From: Octopus vulgaris
Lineage: Eukaryota
NCBI GenBank assembly: GCA_951406725.2
Contig: OX597828.1
Coordinates: 17,980,001 to 18,044,000 of the forward strand
DNA: 64,000 nucleotides
Reading direction: 5' to 3'
Shown: piece after piece, positions 1-13,890 of the stretch
Numbering within the stretch: the stretch's first letter is position 1
How the letters are laid out: the number at the start of each line of letters is the position of its first letter
Notes under the pieces: generated by a model
The model's database searches: none
What the model was told of the DNA's origin: nothing
The model's input: the letters and a program-made list of their open reading frames with translations, nothing else
Translations under genes and position numbers: made by a program

Positions 1-301
1 AAAAGAACCGGACGCGGATGCATGCGAGTGCAAACAGAATATTTGAACTACATAACTGTGTGTGCCTTTTCATCTCGCTTATTTAAGGCCTGCTACAACA
101 TTACACCAATCTTTGTTATGTGATATTAATGCAATATTTCATGTGTCAAATAAGAACAGACAAGAGATGTTAAGCTCCTATTTCAGTTACGAATAAGTTA
201 TAACGAGCCTCGTTTGTTTTTCCCTATTTCATAGGAATATTCGTTAAATTGAGTAATAGAGAAAACATGCGTTTCAACAATGTCTTATACGCACACACGC
301 A

Positions 302-362
<61 letters not shown>

Positions 363-765
363 ACATACACGCACACACGCACACAAACTCACACTCACTC
401 ACACAGATGTGCATACATGTATGTGCGTATTATATATATAGACACACATATGTGTATATATATGTATGTATTTATATGTGTGTATATATGCGTATATATA
501 TGTATATATATGTATATGTATATATATATATGCATATATGTGTATATGTATATATGTTATATATATGTATATATATATATATATATCATATATATGCCTA
601 TATATAAATATAAATAAATAAATATAAATATATATATATATAAGTATACATATATGCATATATACATATATAAATATAAGTGTATATGTGTATATTTACA
701 TATATATATTTATGTATATATGTATGTAGATATATATGTACATACAAGAATTAGTACAAACACAT

Positions 766-833
<68 letters not shown>

Positions 834-1047
834 GCTCACAGAACATAAGTAGTTGCCATAACTGAATTAGACTCGTGGGAATAGTAACAATAACGTAAAC
901 CTACTAGAACAATGATAATACGCGAAATTATTTGTTTCTGATGGTTTGGCGCTATTAGATGCAGCAGATGGTTTTTGAATCGCCCTTAATATGTCGGGAG
1001 TATAAATAGATGTTCAAAAGGATACGACCATTTTATATATATAAACA

Positions 1048-1288
<241 letters not shown>

Positions 1289-1289
1289 A

Positions 1290-1474
1290 TAAAAATACAA
1301 ACTTGGACAAGAACGCAAAACATTTAGGAGACGATACAAAGAACACGAACGGGACATTCGAATCCTTCAATCTTCAGTCAAGAATTTCGGATGATTAATC
1401 TTGAGATTGCTCCAATCTGGCCAGCCCCAAGGAAAAACTAAGCTAAGCGCATTAGATTCCTTGGAAGAATGCTC

Positions 1475-1475
<1 letters not shown>
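1290..1475. mobile_element. Short unique insert between (TG)n and (TA)n, possibly Penelope-derived
   Basis: The + frame 1296-1394 reads [22 protein letters not shown], resembling the GIY-YIG GQT.R.F..RYKEH motif. The - strand has CTGAAGA-ttgaaggattc-GAAT, a degenerate hammerhead-like core. Either reading could be chance. Confidence 0.4.
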
Positions 1476-1523
<48 letters not shown>

Positions 1524-2117
1524 GCACACAATAAGTGGGTTTAACAAGAAGGAATAAAATTTAATTTTAGACGATAGTGCTTAAGACCATGCGCAATCTG
1601 TCTCATATTTTTGCAGATGTAGAGTGACTCTTAATTATAGAGTTTTTCAATAAATATAACTCGAGTGAGGTGCGGTGATAAAGTTGTTAAACAAAGGGTG
1701 AGTTTGTTTGAGAAACTAAGCGTGACAAAGCGATTAAGAATGAGTGACGTAGAAAGATGGCGTCCATGTTTTATGTATGTAGGTAGGGTGCAGCCTTAGC
1801 GGGCGGAATAAACAGAATGCGCATATGTCTAGTTCAGGAATACAAGTAATGTTATTATATGTTGTGGGTTTGTCAGTATTTCTGTGAGCACGTGTGTGCT
1901 TGTGTGTGTGAGGATATGTATGCGTTTGTGTGATCATATATTTTGTTTCCTTAATAAACAAAATCTGCTTCACCCATGCACACACACATTTACACGCATA
2001 CATAACGTTCAAAATCACACACGCACGCACACACACACACACACACACACGCACGCACTCACACACACACATGCACACACACATTATTCCTTCAAAATTT
2101 GGCAGACGACTGGCAGT

Positions 2118-2282
2118 TTCTGGGTAGGGATGAGACGATTTCATCCGGGACTTATTTTCTCGACCCCGAATGAATGGAAAGCAAAGTTAGCCTTTGCAGA
2201 ATTTAAGTCCAGAAGATAAAAACGGACGAAATGCCGCTGAGCATTTTGTCCGGCATGATAATGATTCTGATAGCTTGCAGCT
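2118..2282 (-). mobile_element. SINE family B, degenerate
   Basis: Reverse complement resembles the family B head and core (compare 28604-28836). Confidence 0.6.
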
Positions 2283-2342
2283 TTCACCATACGCACACAC
2301 ACACTCTCACACACATACATATAGATAAAATATAAACTATCA

Positions 2343-3093
2343 GGCGCAAGAGTGGCTGTGTGATAAGTATCTTGCTTACCAACCACATGGTTCCGTGTTC
2401 ATTCCCACTGAGTGGCACCTTGGGCAAGTGTATTCTACTATAGCCTCGGGCCGATGAAAGCCTTGTGAGTGGATTTGGTAGGCGGAAACTGAAAGAAGCC
2501 CGTCGTATATATGTACTTAGTATATAAGTAAAAGGGCAGGCAACAGGTTGCTCTGCCGCATACCGAAAGAATTAGAAATGGCAGTCAGAGACTGTTTATT
2601 TCCATTTTCTACAAGTGGGGGCTCCATATACGACATAACCCTGCGATTCACATACGCAAAATCGGAGTAGTAAATAAACGAAAACAATCCCTTACCGTTA
2701 ATGGTGAACATGTTTCTAGATTGTAGGCGAGAAATTGCCTAAAGTCTTTCTTCAGCACCATCTTCGTTAGATTTATCAAATGCCACCAGCCTCCACCTTT
2801 GACCAGGCGTCATCAAATAGTGGGGGGAAAGTGAGCATAGGTTAAAACTAAGTAGACGATTGAGACCGTAAATTTTCCCTCCAAAATTCTGCCATGCGCA
2901 CCACCGGGATAGTCGTAATAGATTAAGAAATCCAATTAGTAATATAATAAAAGGGTAAATAATTTTTTCGATGGTTTTTCAGACAACCAACAATTATTTA
3001 CCGGTAGATTTCGGTATGTAAATATGACTTTTAGCGTCGGGAACTTTTATTTACCCTTTTATTATATATATATAAATACATCTATATATATAC

Positions 3094-3127
<34 letters not shown>

Positions 3128-3500
3128 ATGTGCGTGTGTGTGTGTGAGTGTGTATGTATGTGCGTGTGTGTTTAGGTGTTTGTGTTTGTCCCCCGCCCAA
3201 CATCGCTTGACAACCGATGCTGGTGTGCTTACGTCCCCGCACTTAGCGGTTCGGCAAAAGAACACAATAGAATAAGTACTAGGCTTACAGTGAGAATTGA
3301 CACTTCGGCCAAAATGAGGTGCAGACGAGGGCAACGGAATCAAACTCTCTTATAGACCAAACGAACCAACAGCTGGGACAAAGTCACATACAGGGGTAGT
3401 GGTGATGTTAAACGACCCAGAGTTACGAAATCAGGAAGATCATGATAGTACCCCAGCATTACCGCAGCCGCATGGCTGAAACGAGTAAAAGAGTAAAAGT
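2343..3500 (+). mobile_element. tRNA-derived SINE family A, interrupted by two insertions (about 2516-3067 and 3290-3450)
   Basis: Head ggcgcaagagtggctgtgtg...ggttccgtgttcattccc has A/B-box-like motifs. The 3' half (catcgcttgacaaccgatgctggtg...) and the gtaaaagagtaaaag tail match other copies. Confidence 0.85.
2701..2761 (-). ncRNA. Type I minimal hammerhead ribozyme motif
   Basis: Minus strand reads AUGGUG-CUGAAGA-AAGACUUUAGGC-AAUUUCUC-GCCUACAAUCUA-GAAA-CAUG-UU-CACCAU. It has a 6-bp stem I, intact core, 9/11-bp stem II, palindromic stem III and a GUU triplet. Confidence 0.75.
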
Positions 3501-3586
3501 ACATATATATATGTACACATATATATCTATATACACACACACATATATCTATACACACATATATATATGTATGTGTACAAATATAA

Positions 3587-3648
<62 letters not shown>

Positions 3649-4326
3649 TGTTCAAACTTCAAAGGAACATCATTCCAAATGATAACTACTGATCTGGGAT
3701 TTTAACAATACTTCACACTTCGTAATAATACTACACCAGGTAACTGAAAGAAGATGAAAGGAAGGAAAAATAGTTATTATTGATACTACTATTTCTATAA
3801 TGCTACATATATTTTTGTTGCTTCACAATTTTCAAAATTTATATCTCTATTAGATATAAACCTATAAATAGAACGAAATAGGAAAATCTAATTTTGTGTT
3901 CAATATTGGGTGATTTTATTTAATAAGATAATGATCATATTATTAGTGAGAAATTCAACAAAATATGCCATAGAGAATTGAAAACGCTATATAGCCTGTT
4001 CTGATTTTTCTGTATTTACTCCAGTAAAATAAGATTATTTAGTAATATTTGCTAATTATTTAGTAATTGCAAAGCGACTAATTGATTAAAGATCATTTCA
4101 AAGTTTTATATCAGAGAGGAATATCTCTAAATTAGTTTTTATGATTATTTTAATTATATTCCAAGACATCTTCAAATGAATCTGAATATTAATTAGAAAT
4201 GACGTTTTTCTATGAAATTTTGAAAGCCGTAATCTATGAATAAATATCAAAATGTAAATTAAGCGAATTTTCATATTTGAAAGTGTCGATCACATATACA
4301 CATAATGAGTTTATATACAAATCTCC

Positions 4327-4399
<73 letters not shown>

Positions 4400-4411
4400 C
4401 ACACACATACA

Positions 4412-4446
<35 letters not shown>

Positions 4447-4549
4447 GCTAATTGATAGGTAGCTACTTATACATAAACAGACATATACACAAATATATGC
4501 GTACGTACGTGTGCATATATATATATATATATACATAAATGTATTTGTT

Positions 4550-4589
<40 letters not shown>

Positions 4590-4822
4590 CATAAATACAT
4601 ACATACATACATACATACGTACGTACGTACGTACGTATATGATTGAATCTTTGTATGTATATATCTATGTGTTTGCTTATATTTGTCCGTTCGTAGCTAG
4701 GCAGAAATAGTATATATACATACTTGCACACATACACTCACTCACATACATATCTACATTACATACGTACATACACACACATATATATGTATGGCATATA
4801 TATATGTATATATATATTTAAG

Positions 4823-4886
<64 letters not shown>

Positions 4887-4889
<3 letters not shown>

Positions 4890-5168
4890 AGGCGCAATGG
4901 CCTAGCGGTCGCAGGATCGCGGTTTCGATTCCCAGACCGGGCGTTGTGAGTGTTTATTGAGCGAAAACACCTAAAAGCTGCAGGCCTCCTGCAGGGGGTG
5001 GTGATCCCTGCTGTACTCTTTCACCACTCTTTCTCTCACTCTTTCTTCTGTTGGCCTGCTCGCTTAGCCAGCGGGGTGGCGTCATTCGAAGGCTAAAATA
5101 ATGCGAACGCATTGTGACCAGCGATGTGTAACAACATCTGAAGGTCTGGTCGGTCACGTGATCACGTG
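4887..5168 (+). mobile_element. tRNA-derived SINE family C
   Basis: ggaggcgcaatggcctagcgg...ggtttcgattcc is a tRNA-like head with an internal deletion. The body is near-identical to the reverse complement of 47137-47454. Confidence 0.85.
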
Positions 5169-5199
5169 ATATATATATATATATACATACATATATTTG

Positions 5200-5237
<38 letters not shown>

Positions 5238-5901
5238 CATATATTTGTATTTATATATATATATACACACATTTACATTCAGCAACATATGCATTTACGC
5301 ACATACACATACTCACACACAACAAACATACATACGTATATGAATGTTTGTTGCTTATGTCTACATTAGTTTGTGTATGATTAATACGAATTAGTACAAT
5401 GTTTTAACTGTTCTCTGTCAATTTTCGTTTACGTGATTCATATATACATGTGCGCGTGTGCGTGTATGTATGTGCATTGATACGTATTTGTATGTATTTA
5501 TGTATGTATTTATGTATGTTTGTATGTACGTATGTGTGTCTAAGTATGTATGTATGTATGTATGTATATCCGTAACTGACTATTTCTAAACATTTACTTC
5601 CCAAGATATATTTCCACTCTCTTATTTTTGAATTTATGACAAAATTTTTCTTGATGCCTATTTTGCCTTTAATGTCTGTGTGTATAAATGTTTTTGCTCT
5701 GTCTATATTGAACTAGATATTAACTTATTTGAATACTACGAGGGAAATCGCGATAGACTGTGTGAGTACGACTAGCGAAATACCATTACAGTTGTTAGTA
5801 AGTACGACTTAACTGAAGTTGAGTGTTGCTCAACGTCTTTCTTTGTTTTTTAATACGAACTATTTTGTCATTACATGAACAGTTCCACTGATATCTAGGC
5901 T

Positions 5902-6362
5902 TTACTCTTTACTCTTTACTCATTTATTTGTTTCAGTCATGTGACTGTGGCCAAGCTGGAGCACCGCATTTTGTCGAGTAAATCGGCCCCAGGACTTATT
6001 CTTTGTAAGCCTAGTACTTATTCCATTGGTGTCTTTTGCCGAATCGCTAAGCTTCGGGGACGTAAACACACCAGCATCGGTTGTCAAGCGATGTTGGGGG
6101 GGGGGATAAACACAGACACACAGACATACACACACACACATATATATATATATATGTATGTATGTATTTATGTATATATATATATATATATATAAATATA
6201 TATGACAGGCTTCTTTCAGTTTCCGTCTGCCCAATCCACTCACAAGGCTTTGGTCGGTCCGAGATTATAGAAATCACCTGTTCAAGTTACCACGCAGTGT
6301 GACTGAACTCGGAACCAGGTGGTTCATGAGCAAGCTACTTACAGCACAACCACTCCTACGCC
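5902..6362 (-). mobile_element. SINE family A, full length with internal microsatellite
   Basis: Both halves match the other family A copies. Confidence 0.9.
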
Positions 6363-6550
6363 TAGAAATTTCCATCGAATAAAAAACTGTTGTTATTTTT
6401 TGTTTTTGTTTTCATTTCTGAAGTGTTTCTAGTGTACAACAAATATTTATATTGTATATATATAGTTAAACATAAATAAAAGCTAAAGATATATCGGAAG
6501 ACATATATTCTGCTAGAAATAGAGCATACATATATGTAATAATGTATGCA

Positions 6551-6602
<52 letters not shown>

Positions 6603-6897
6603 TGTGTGTATGTCTGCATGCATATATATATGTATATATACATACATATGTATATACATATATATATATATGTGTACGTATGTATAAGTATACATATATA
6701 TTGGTATATGTATGCATGTGTGTGTATATATATAAATATATATATATAAGTATATATGTATGTATGTTCGTGTGTGCATATATATATATATGTGTATACA
6801 TATTTATATATATATATATACATATAAATATATATATATATATGTATGCATACATATGTACATCCATCCATCCATCCATCCATACATACATACATAC

Positions 6898-6928
<31 letters not shown>

Positions 6929-8149
6929 CATACATACATACATACATACATACATACATACATACATACATGCATGCATACATACATACATAAACATATA
7001 TCAGTCTGAGTATAGTTCAAAATTGTACAAGAAGAAATCAAATGTGAGATGCCAAGGAAAGATGGGAGATTCTTCGACGTTTCGATCCTGTGCTACTTTT
7101 TCTGGTCGTGTATTATACGTATATGGTTAAAAATTGCACTAAAAGAAAAACAAAAAACAAACGACACAGTCAGGTGAGCCAACAGCAAACATAGTCTATT
7201 AGTTAGGCGCTCTGGAAAAATGCAAGACTCGCTGCCACCGACACCGCTTCGTTTGCTGGGTTAAAACTTAATTAGAAACCAACGATGGAAGTATGAAACA
7301 TGTGATATAAATAACTAAAGACGATGATTTTCGTTTTATAATAATTAGATGAAAATTAATTACGTTCTTAAAGAATTCTGAGTTGGTCATCAACAAAGAC
7401 TAATGCATATTAAATTAAATATTTATATTCCAGAAACATATTAGATAACAATGGTTGTTTAAATTTGAATAATCCAGATATAGTTTGAGACAAAATTAAA
7501 ATTTACTAAAACAGAATCTGAAATTAAGATATAACGTATCTTAATATTGTTCATTATCTAAAGCCGTTTCCTTTTGTTCTTGAACATGTGCTATTTTTCA
7601 TTGTTATTGTTGCTTTTCAATATCAGAGAAAAATCGAGCATGAGACGTTCTGGCGCCGCCTCCTTGGCATTGTTGATTCGTCGCTGATTTATTTACCAGC
7701 AGACATATTCATATCTCTCCGTCTCAGCTTTCTTTCTCGCACCCCCTTTCTCTCTCCCGTTTCCTCTTTGTCTTTATCTATAGGAGTATACTTCTGCACG
7801 TGGATCTGCATGTGTGTGTGTGTGTTTGTATGTGCTTGCCTCCAATGCCAAAACGCCCAATCGCGAAAACAATCTGAAAGTCCAGTCATCCATGCAAAAC
7901 AGTTAGTGACCAAGCAGCTGCATTCAATCGCCTCTTTCCAGGAGTCTCCACATCAGGCCGAGATAGGATCAGGTTCATTCAAGTTGTAATTATGTCTGCT
8001 ATTCTCAAGGCCTCGTTCACTCACGAACATACGCTGTATGTTTCACTTCTATTTTTAAAATGGAAAAATATAATTTGAGGGCGGTTTAGCAATTGTCTTT
8101 AGCAGCTGTAAAAAGATGTAATTATACATCTGTGGGTAAGAAGCGTCCG

Positions 8150-8550
8150 CAGCAACTACATAGTTTTCGATTTAGTAAAACTGAGAAGCACCTTGGTCAA
8201 GTGTATTCTTGGCCCGACCAATGCCTTGTATGTGAGTTTGGTACATGAAACTTGTGTGGAAGCCGACTATATGTTTATAAATGTATGTGTGAGTGTGTCT
8301 GTATGTGTGTGTGTGTGTGTGTGCGTGTGTGTGTGTGTGTGTGTGATATTGTAAAATGTTTGTCCCTTCACCACTTAATAATCCATGTTGGTTTATTTAC
8401 TTTTCCAATAGACATTTCTAATGGATCCAATTGACTTAATTCTATACTTTTAAAAAAATCAGTACTTGAGACGATTTGTGCGATTAAGCATTACAAAGGG
8501 TGCCCCAACTTGGCCGCAGCCCAAAGACTCAGACAATTACAAATGAAAGT
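8150..8550 (+). mobile_element. SINE family A, old degenerate copy
   Basis: gcaccttggtcaagtgt, ggcccgaccaatgcctt, an internal (TG)n and tggccgcagc are in the family order. Confidence 0.55.
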
Positions 8551-9265
8551 TTAAACTTTATACTTTAAGACGGCAAAATATAAATTGAGGGCGATTTTGC
8601 TGTTATTTTTAAGGGTGCAAAGGCAACATATAAGCATAAATATGAGAGAATGTATTGTAAATTCGTGTCTACTGGACTCCAAGTTTTGTTTAATGGCTTA
8701 TTCAACTGTTGAAGGAGGTTCTACGCTTTGCTATTCATTTTCGGAAAACCAGTGAAAGATCTCGTCAGAATACGCGTGGAGGGGCAGGCGGTGTTTTACG
8801 TTTGTTGTATGTATTCCAATGAAAAGAAATTTTTATGTTATTTGTAGCAGGAAAGGTCAGAAAGTAGATTAAGTATAAAATTCAGCAGACATGTAGGCCA
8901 AAAGGAAGAGAAGAGAGAGAGAGGAAAGAAAAGAAAGAAAAGGGAAAGAAACGACGAAACATACCATATATGTCTACGTATGTGTAATTAGATGTGCATA
9001 TATGTGTGTGTGTGTGTGTGTATTTATATATATGCAAATATATATATATATATTTATATATATATATATATACACACATATATATACATACATAAATATA
9101 CATATATATATAAATATATACATATAGATATATATATACATACGTATATATATAGATATATATGTATATATATATATACATATACATACATACATATATA
9201 TATATACACACACATATATACATCCATATATATATATACATATATATATACATATATACCTACAT

Positions 9266-9320
<55 letters not shown>

Positions 9321-9433
9321 CACACACTCATACACACATAGATTATATATGTCCCGAGTTGAGATATATAAATTTACGTTATTCTGCTTTTTATTACTCA
9401 GGATACCCCCCACACACACATATATTTATACCT

Positions 9434-9497
<64 letters not shown>

Positions 9498-10141
9498 GTA
9501 CACATGTGTGTGTGCGCGCGTGCGTGTGTGTGTTTGCGTATGCATGCATATATATATACATATAGATATAGATTCACTTATATATGTATGTGAATGTACA
9601 CATGTACATATACATATGCATATAAATTCATGTATGGATTCATGCATTAATGCCTGTATGTGTGTATGCGCGTGCGTGTGTATATGTGTATGTGTGTGTG
9701 TGTGTGTGTATGTGTGTGTGTGTGCGTGTGCAAGCATTTATGTCTATTTTCTCAATGACTCTCAGCAACATTTAGTGAGTAAATTCAAATCTCTCCTTTT
9801 CAAAGTTCAATCATATCAAACCAGCGTTGTTTGATACGCATTAAACTCCATTGTGTCCTTACAGCTCCTCTGTCCAGCTCCGTTTCATATATTTGAAAAA
9901 GTTTAAGCTCAATAAATGTTTTCAGTCACCCATTCTTGATTTATCGATTGGAGTTTACACCGTTTTAATAATGGACTACCTACGTATCCAATATCGTATT
10001 TAAAACTAGTCCATTTCTATAGTTGTCTATTCCTGCAATTCACGAGTCCTTGATATTATTGAAAGAATTATATGTGTGGTTACATAGTCATAACACGCAT
10101 GGATAATAAATAAGTCGGCTTTTATCTGCTCCTCCTCCTTT

Positions 10142-10398
10142 TTCTTCTTCTTCTTCTTCTTCTTCTTCTTCTTCTTCTTCTTCTTCTTCTTCTTCTTCTT
10201 CTTCTTCTTCTTCTCCATCTTCCTATTCTCCTTCGTTCTCTTCCTACTCCTCATAGTCAATGTATTTCAAAGAGATTTATAAACCATATATATTTTAAGT
10301 AAGAAATCGTGTGCAACTCTTTGGCACTTAGATAGATAAAAGGATTATTATAATTCGCCGGCAAAGTTGAAATTATATTTCAAATATTATTATTATTA

Positions 10399-10478
<80 letters not shown>

Positions 10479-10542
10479 TTGTTCTTGTTGTTGTTATTAT
10501 TATTATTGTTATTGTTATTGATATTTTCAGTCGTCTTTAATA

Positions 10543-10619
<77 letters not shown>

Positions 10620-10620
10620 A
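10142..10620. repeat. Trinucleotide microsatellite cluster (TTC)n, (ATT)n, (AAT)n, (GAT)n
   Basis: Directly visible. Confidence 0.95.
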
Positions 10621-10819
10621 ATCAGTACGTGTTTTAAATAATATTGATCACATACGATGTTCTCCTCTCTATCTCTGTTGCTCCCACTTTCACACATTCC
10701 CTTTCTTTATACATACATCAACACATATGCACATATGTGTGTATTTTGTGAGTCAATACGTATGTATCGTTTTAAAATACATAAATATTCACGTGTATTT
10801 CATTCATTATATATACATA

Positions 10820-10871
<52 letters not shown>

Positions 10872-10919
10872 TATGTATATATAATGAATATATATACATA
10901 TATATATATACATATATAT

Positions 10920-10982
<63 letters not shown>

Positions 10983-11519
10983 TGCGTGTGTGTGTGTGTG
11001 TATGTGTAAATATATATATATATATATGTGTGTGTGTGTATGTATATGTATATCTATGTATGCAAACACATATATAGACACATATGTATATACTTCATGG
11101 CAGAGTACTTGGAAATTATATTCTCCATCTCGGAATCACAGAATTTTCTTTTTCTTTCTTCCTTTTTTTTTATATTTTCGGCTATGTATAAAAGCGCTCA
11201 TTTCTTTGTATTTTACGATATTTGTCGATTTGTATTCAACCTCTGATGGCCAACTTTTACAGCAAAACATCACAAAATCCACTTTCTTTCAAGGCTGGCT
11301 GAACAAGAGTGTCATTACAGAAACATCTGTGTGTCCCGGTGGTAATACAAAGTTGCATATACACATATTTTATCTGTATGCATATATTGTTGATTCATTC
11401 TTTCCTTTTATATTTATTTTACGCTGACACAAGATCATAACCCCATCTAATTTTAAATTAGTTGTGGGAAAGTCTCGGCGCACAGCTTATTCGATGGCAT
11501 TAAAAGAGCACGACTGTGG

Positions 11520-11628
11520 TAGACGCATGGCCATGTAAGATACACAACTATGTTTGACACACGGCCATATTAGACGCATGCTCATGTTAGACGCACGGCC
11601 ATGTTAAACACACGCCATATTAAACGCG
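11520..11628. repeat. 17-bp minisatellite, about 6 copies (tagacgcacggccatgt)
   Basis: Units start at 11520, 11537, 11554, 11571, 11588 and 11605. Confidence 0.85.
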
Positions 11629-11904
11629 CTCTAATTTCACCCGCGCATACACAGAAAATAGCTTTTAGTGTTTAAGGCATATAATATAGGCGTAGCTTTG
11701 CATATAGGACCCGGGGTAATGTTTTTGAAATGTATTTTTGGAAATGAAGTGCGACGTGTATGGCAACAACTACAGTATAGCTTTTGGTTAGACGAATTCA
11801 GATGTGTATTCGCTGGCTTATATGTAACGGAAAGAACCTCTTCTGTCTTTAATGACCATGGGATTGCACCTAGAAAGTTCCCTTCCGTGGCACACTTCTG
11901 GCCA

Positions 11905-12066
11905 AGTCCGGTGACGTTGCAACTCATTTGTACAGCCGAGTGAACTGGAGCAACGTGAAATAAAGTGTCTTGCTCAAGAACACAACACACAGTTCAGTAC
12001 GGGAATCGAACTCACTTGCTCGTGATTGTGAGACAGACTCTCTAACCACTGAATTATGCGCCTCCA
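11905..12066 (-). mobile_element. tRNA-derived SINE family D
   Basis: Reverse complement gaggcgcataattcagtggttaga...gagttcgattccc...gttgtgttcttgagcaagacactttatttcacg is shared with 34559, 44340 and 49370. Confidence 0.75.
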
Positions 12067-12265
12067 CAGTATATGTGAGTAATGCCCTCAGTAATTACTC
12101 TGTGACAATTGATGTTATCTAACTTAATGATCTAAAGCACACCGGAGGTATTTTTACCATTACATAAAACAGGACGCTTCTTTTTTTGGCTTCTCTCTTT
12201 TCGTTTCGGTCGATTTATCTTCAACCCTCCCGCGGGGGATTATTATATTATTATATTATATTATT

Positions 12266-12496
12266 AAGGCGGCGTTGGCACACTCGTTAGCGCGCCGGGC
12301 GAAATGCTTAGCAGTATTTCGTCTGTCGTTACGTTCTGAGTTCAAATTCCGCCGAGGTCGACTTTACCTTTCATCCTTTCGGGGTCGATAAATAAAGTGC
12401 CAGTTTCGCACTGGGGTCGATGTAATCGACTTAATCCCTTTGTCTGTCCTTGTTTGTCCCCTCTATGTTTAGCCCCTTGTGGGCAATAAAGAAATA
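12266..12496 (+). mobile_element. SINE family B, full length
   Basis: ggcggcgttggc...gagttcaaattcc (B box), core gccgaggtcgactttacctttcatcctttcggggtcgataaa, tail ccccttgtgggcaataaagaaat. Confidence 0.9.
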
Positions 12497-12804
12497 TATA
12501 TATGGGAAGATCTTACAGGAACCGCAATATTTCAATACCAATGAGTATATTCGAAATAACTCTGCTTGTTTATATACGTATATTCAATATATAGTGACAG
12601 CTAAATTTCGGTCTGCTAACCTGATAACACTTCGTCAAATGATTAGTCTAAGGCTAGTAAGCCCAAGATACGAAGTCCGTGCCGCCCTCTTGTAAACGTT
12701 TACCAAACATATACTCTACCAAAAAGTATTGAGTAATTCTTCAGGTAAGTGTTAATTTCCTCTCATCTAAAAATCGACGTAAAAATAAACGTCTATAATC
12801 TTTT

Positions 12805-13105
12805 TTCACTTCCTTAGTCACTGCCTTGCAGCCATTCTGGAGCATGGCTTTTAACAGGTTGGTACGAAGAAATTGACCATAGTACTTATTTTTCATAAGC
12901 CTGGTACTTCACCCGTCGTTTCCTTTTTGCGGAACCACTAAGTTACAGGGACGTATACGGACCAACGGTGGCTGTCAAGTGTTAGTGGAGACAAATGCAT
13001 ACGCATAGATATACACTATATATATATATATATATATATGACGAGCTTATTTCAGTTTCCCTCTTCCAAATCCGCTGAAAAGGCTTCGGTAGAAAACACT
13101 TGTCC
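12805..13105 (-). mobile_element. SINE family A, degenerate partial
   Basis: gcagccattctggagca, ctaagttacagggacgta and ttcagtttcc motifs are in the family order. Confidence 0.6.
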
Positions 13106-13109
13106 CGGG

Positions 13110-13210
<101 letters not shown>

Positions 13211-13235
13211 GTGTATGCATGTATATGTAAAAACG

Positions 13236-13289
<54 letters not shown>

Positions 13290-13369
13290 CATACATACAT
13301 ATATATAAACTTACTTGGAAATGGATGAGTGGCGTTCAGTTAGATAATAATATAAACAATATATATATG

Positions 13370-13890
13370 ATGGGATATGAAAGGTTTACTCCACTTCGAA
13401 CCTTAAACCCAAACCAAACGATAACAAAGGATACGTACTGCGACCAGTTTGAGGGGCTTAAGTCAGCGCTAGAAGATAAACGACTTTCTTTGGTTTCAAA
13501 ACGGAAGCTGTTCTTCCACCAGGATAATGCTTGGCCTCATACAGCGAGTATGACATTCCAAAAGCTGGATCAATTTGAATGGGAAACGATGCCCCATCCA
13601 CCATATTCGCCAGACATTGCCCCATCAGATTATCATTTATTCTTCAGTTTTTAAAATTATATGGAAGGGAAAAAATGAATTTTGTAGACGTGGGCAGAAC
13701 AGTACTGGAGAACTATTTTCCTTCACAGACAAGTGAATTTTGGAAGAAGCGCCTTGCAAGTCTACCAGATAGATGGAAGAAACATTGTAGAAAATGAAGG
13801 AGAGTATATTTTAGATTAAAAAAGAAATTTATCTTGATTCTGAAAAATAAAAGTATTAAAAAACCCGCATTAATATGGGATAATCCAATA
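13370..13890 (+). pseudogene. Mariner (DD34D) transposase 3' remnant with 3' TIR
   Basis: HQDNAWPH...[16 protein letters not shown] has exactly 34 residues between the two Asp. A C-terminal LPDRW follows, with frameshifts and stops. It ends in the TIR-like cgcattaatatgggataatccaa-TA. Confidence 0.92.

Noticed and set aside
7588-7989. 133-aa ORF in semi-unique DNA
   Set aside because: It has a GTG start, crosses CT and GT simple repeats, and has no recognisable domain.
8735-8772. Minus-strand CTGACGA...GAAA
   Set aside because: No convincing stems or UH triplet.
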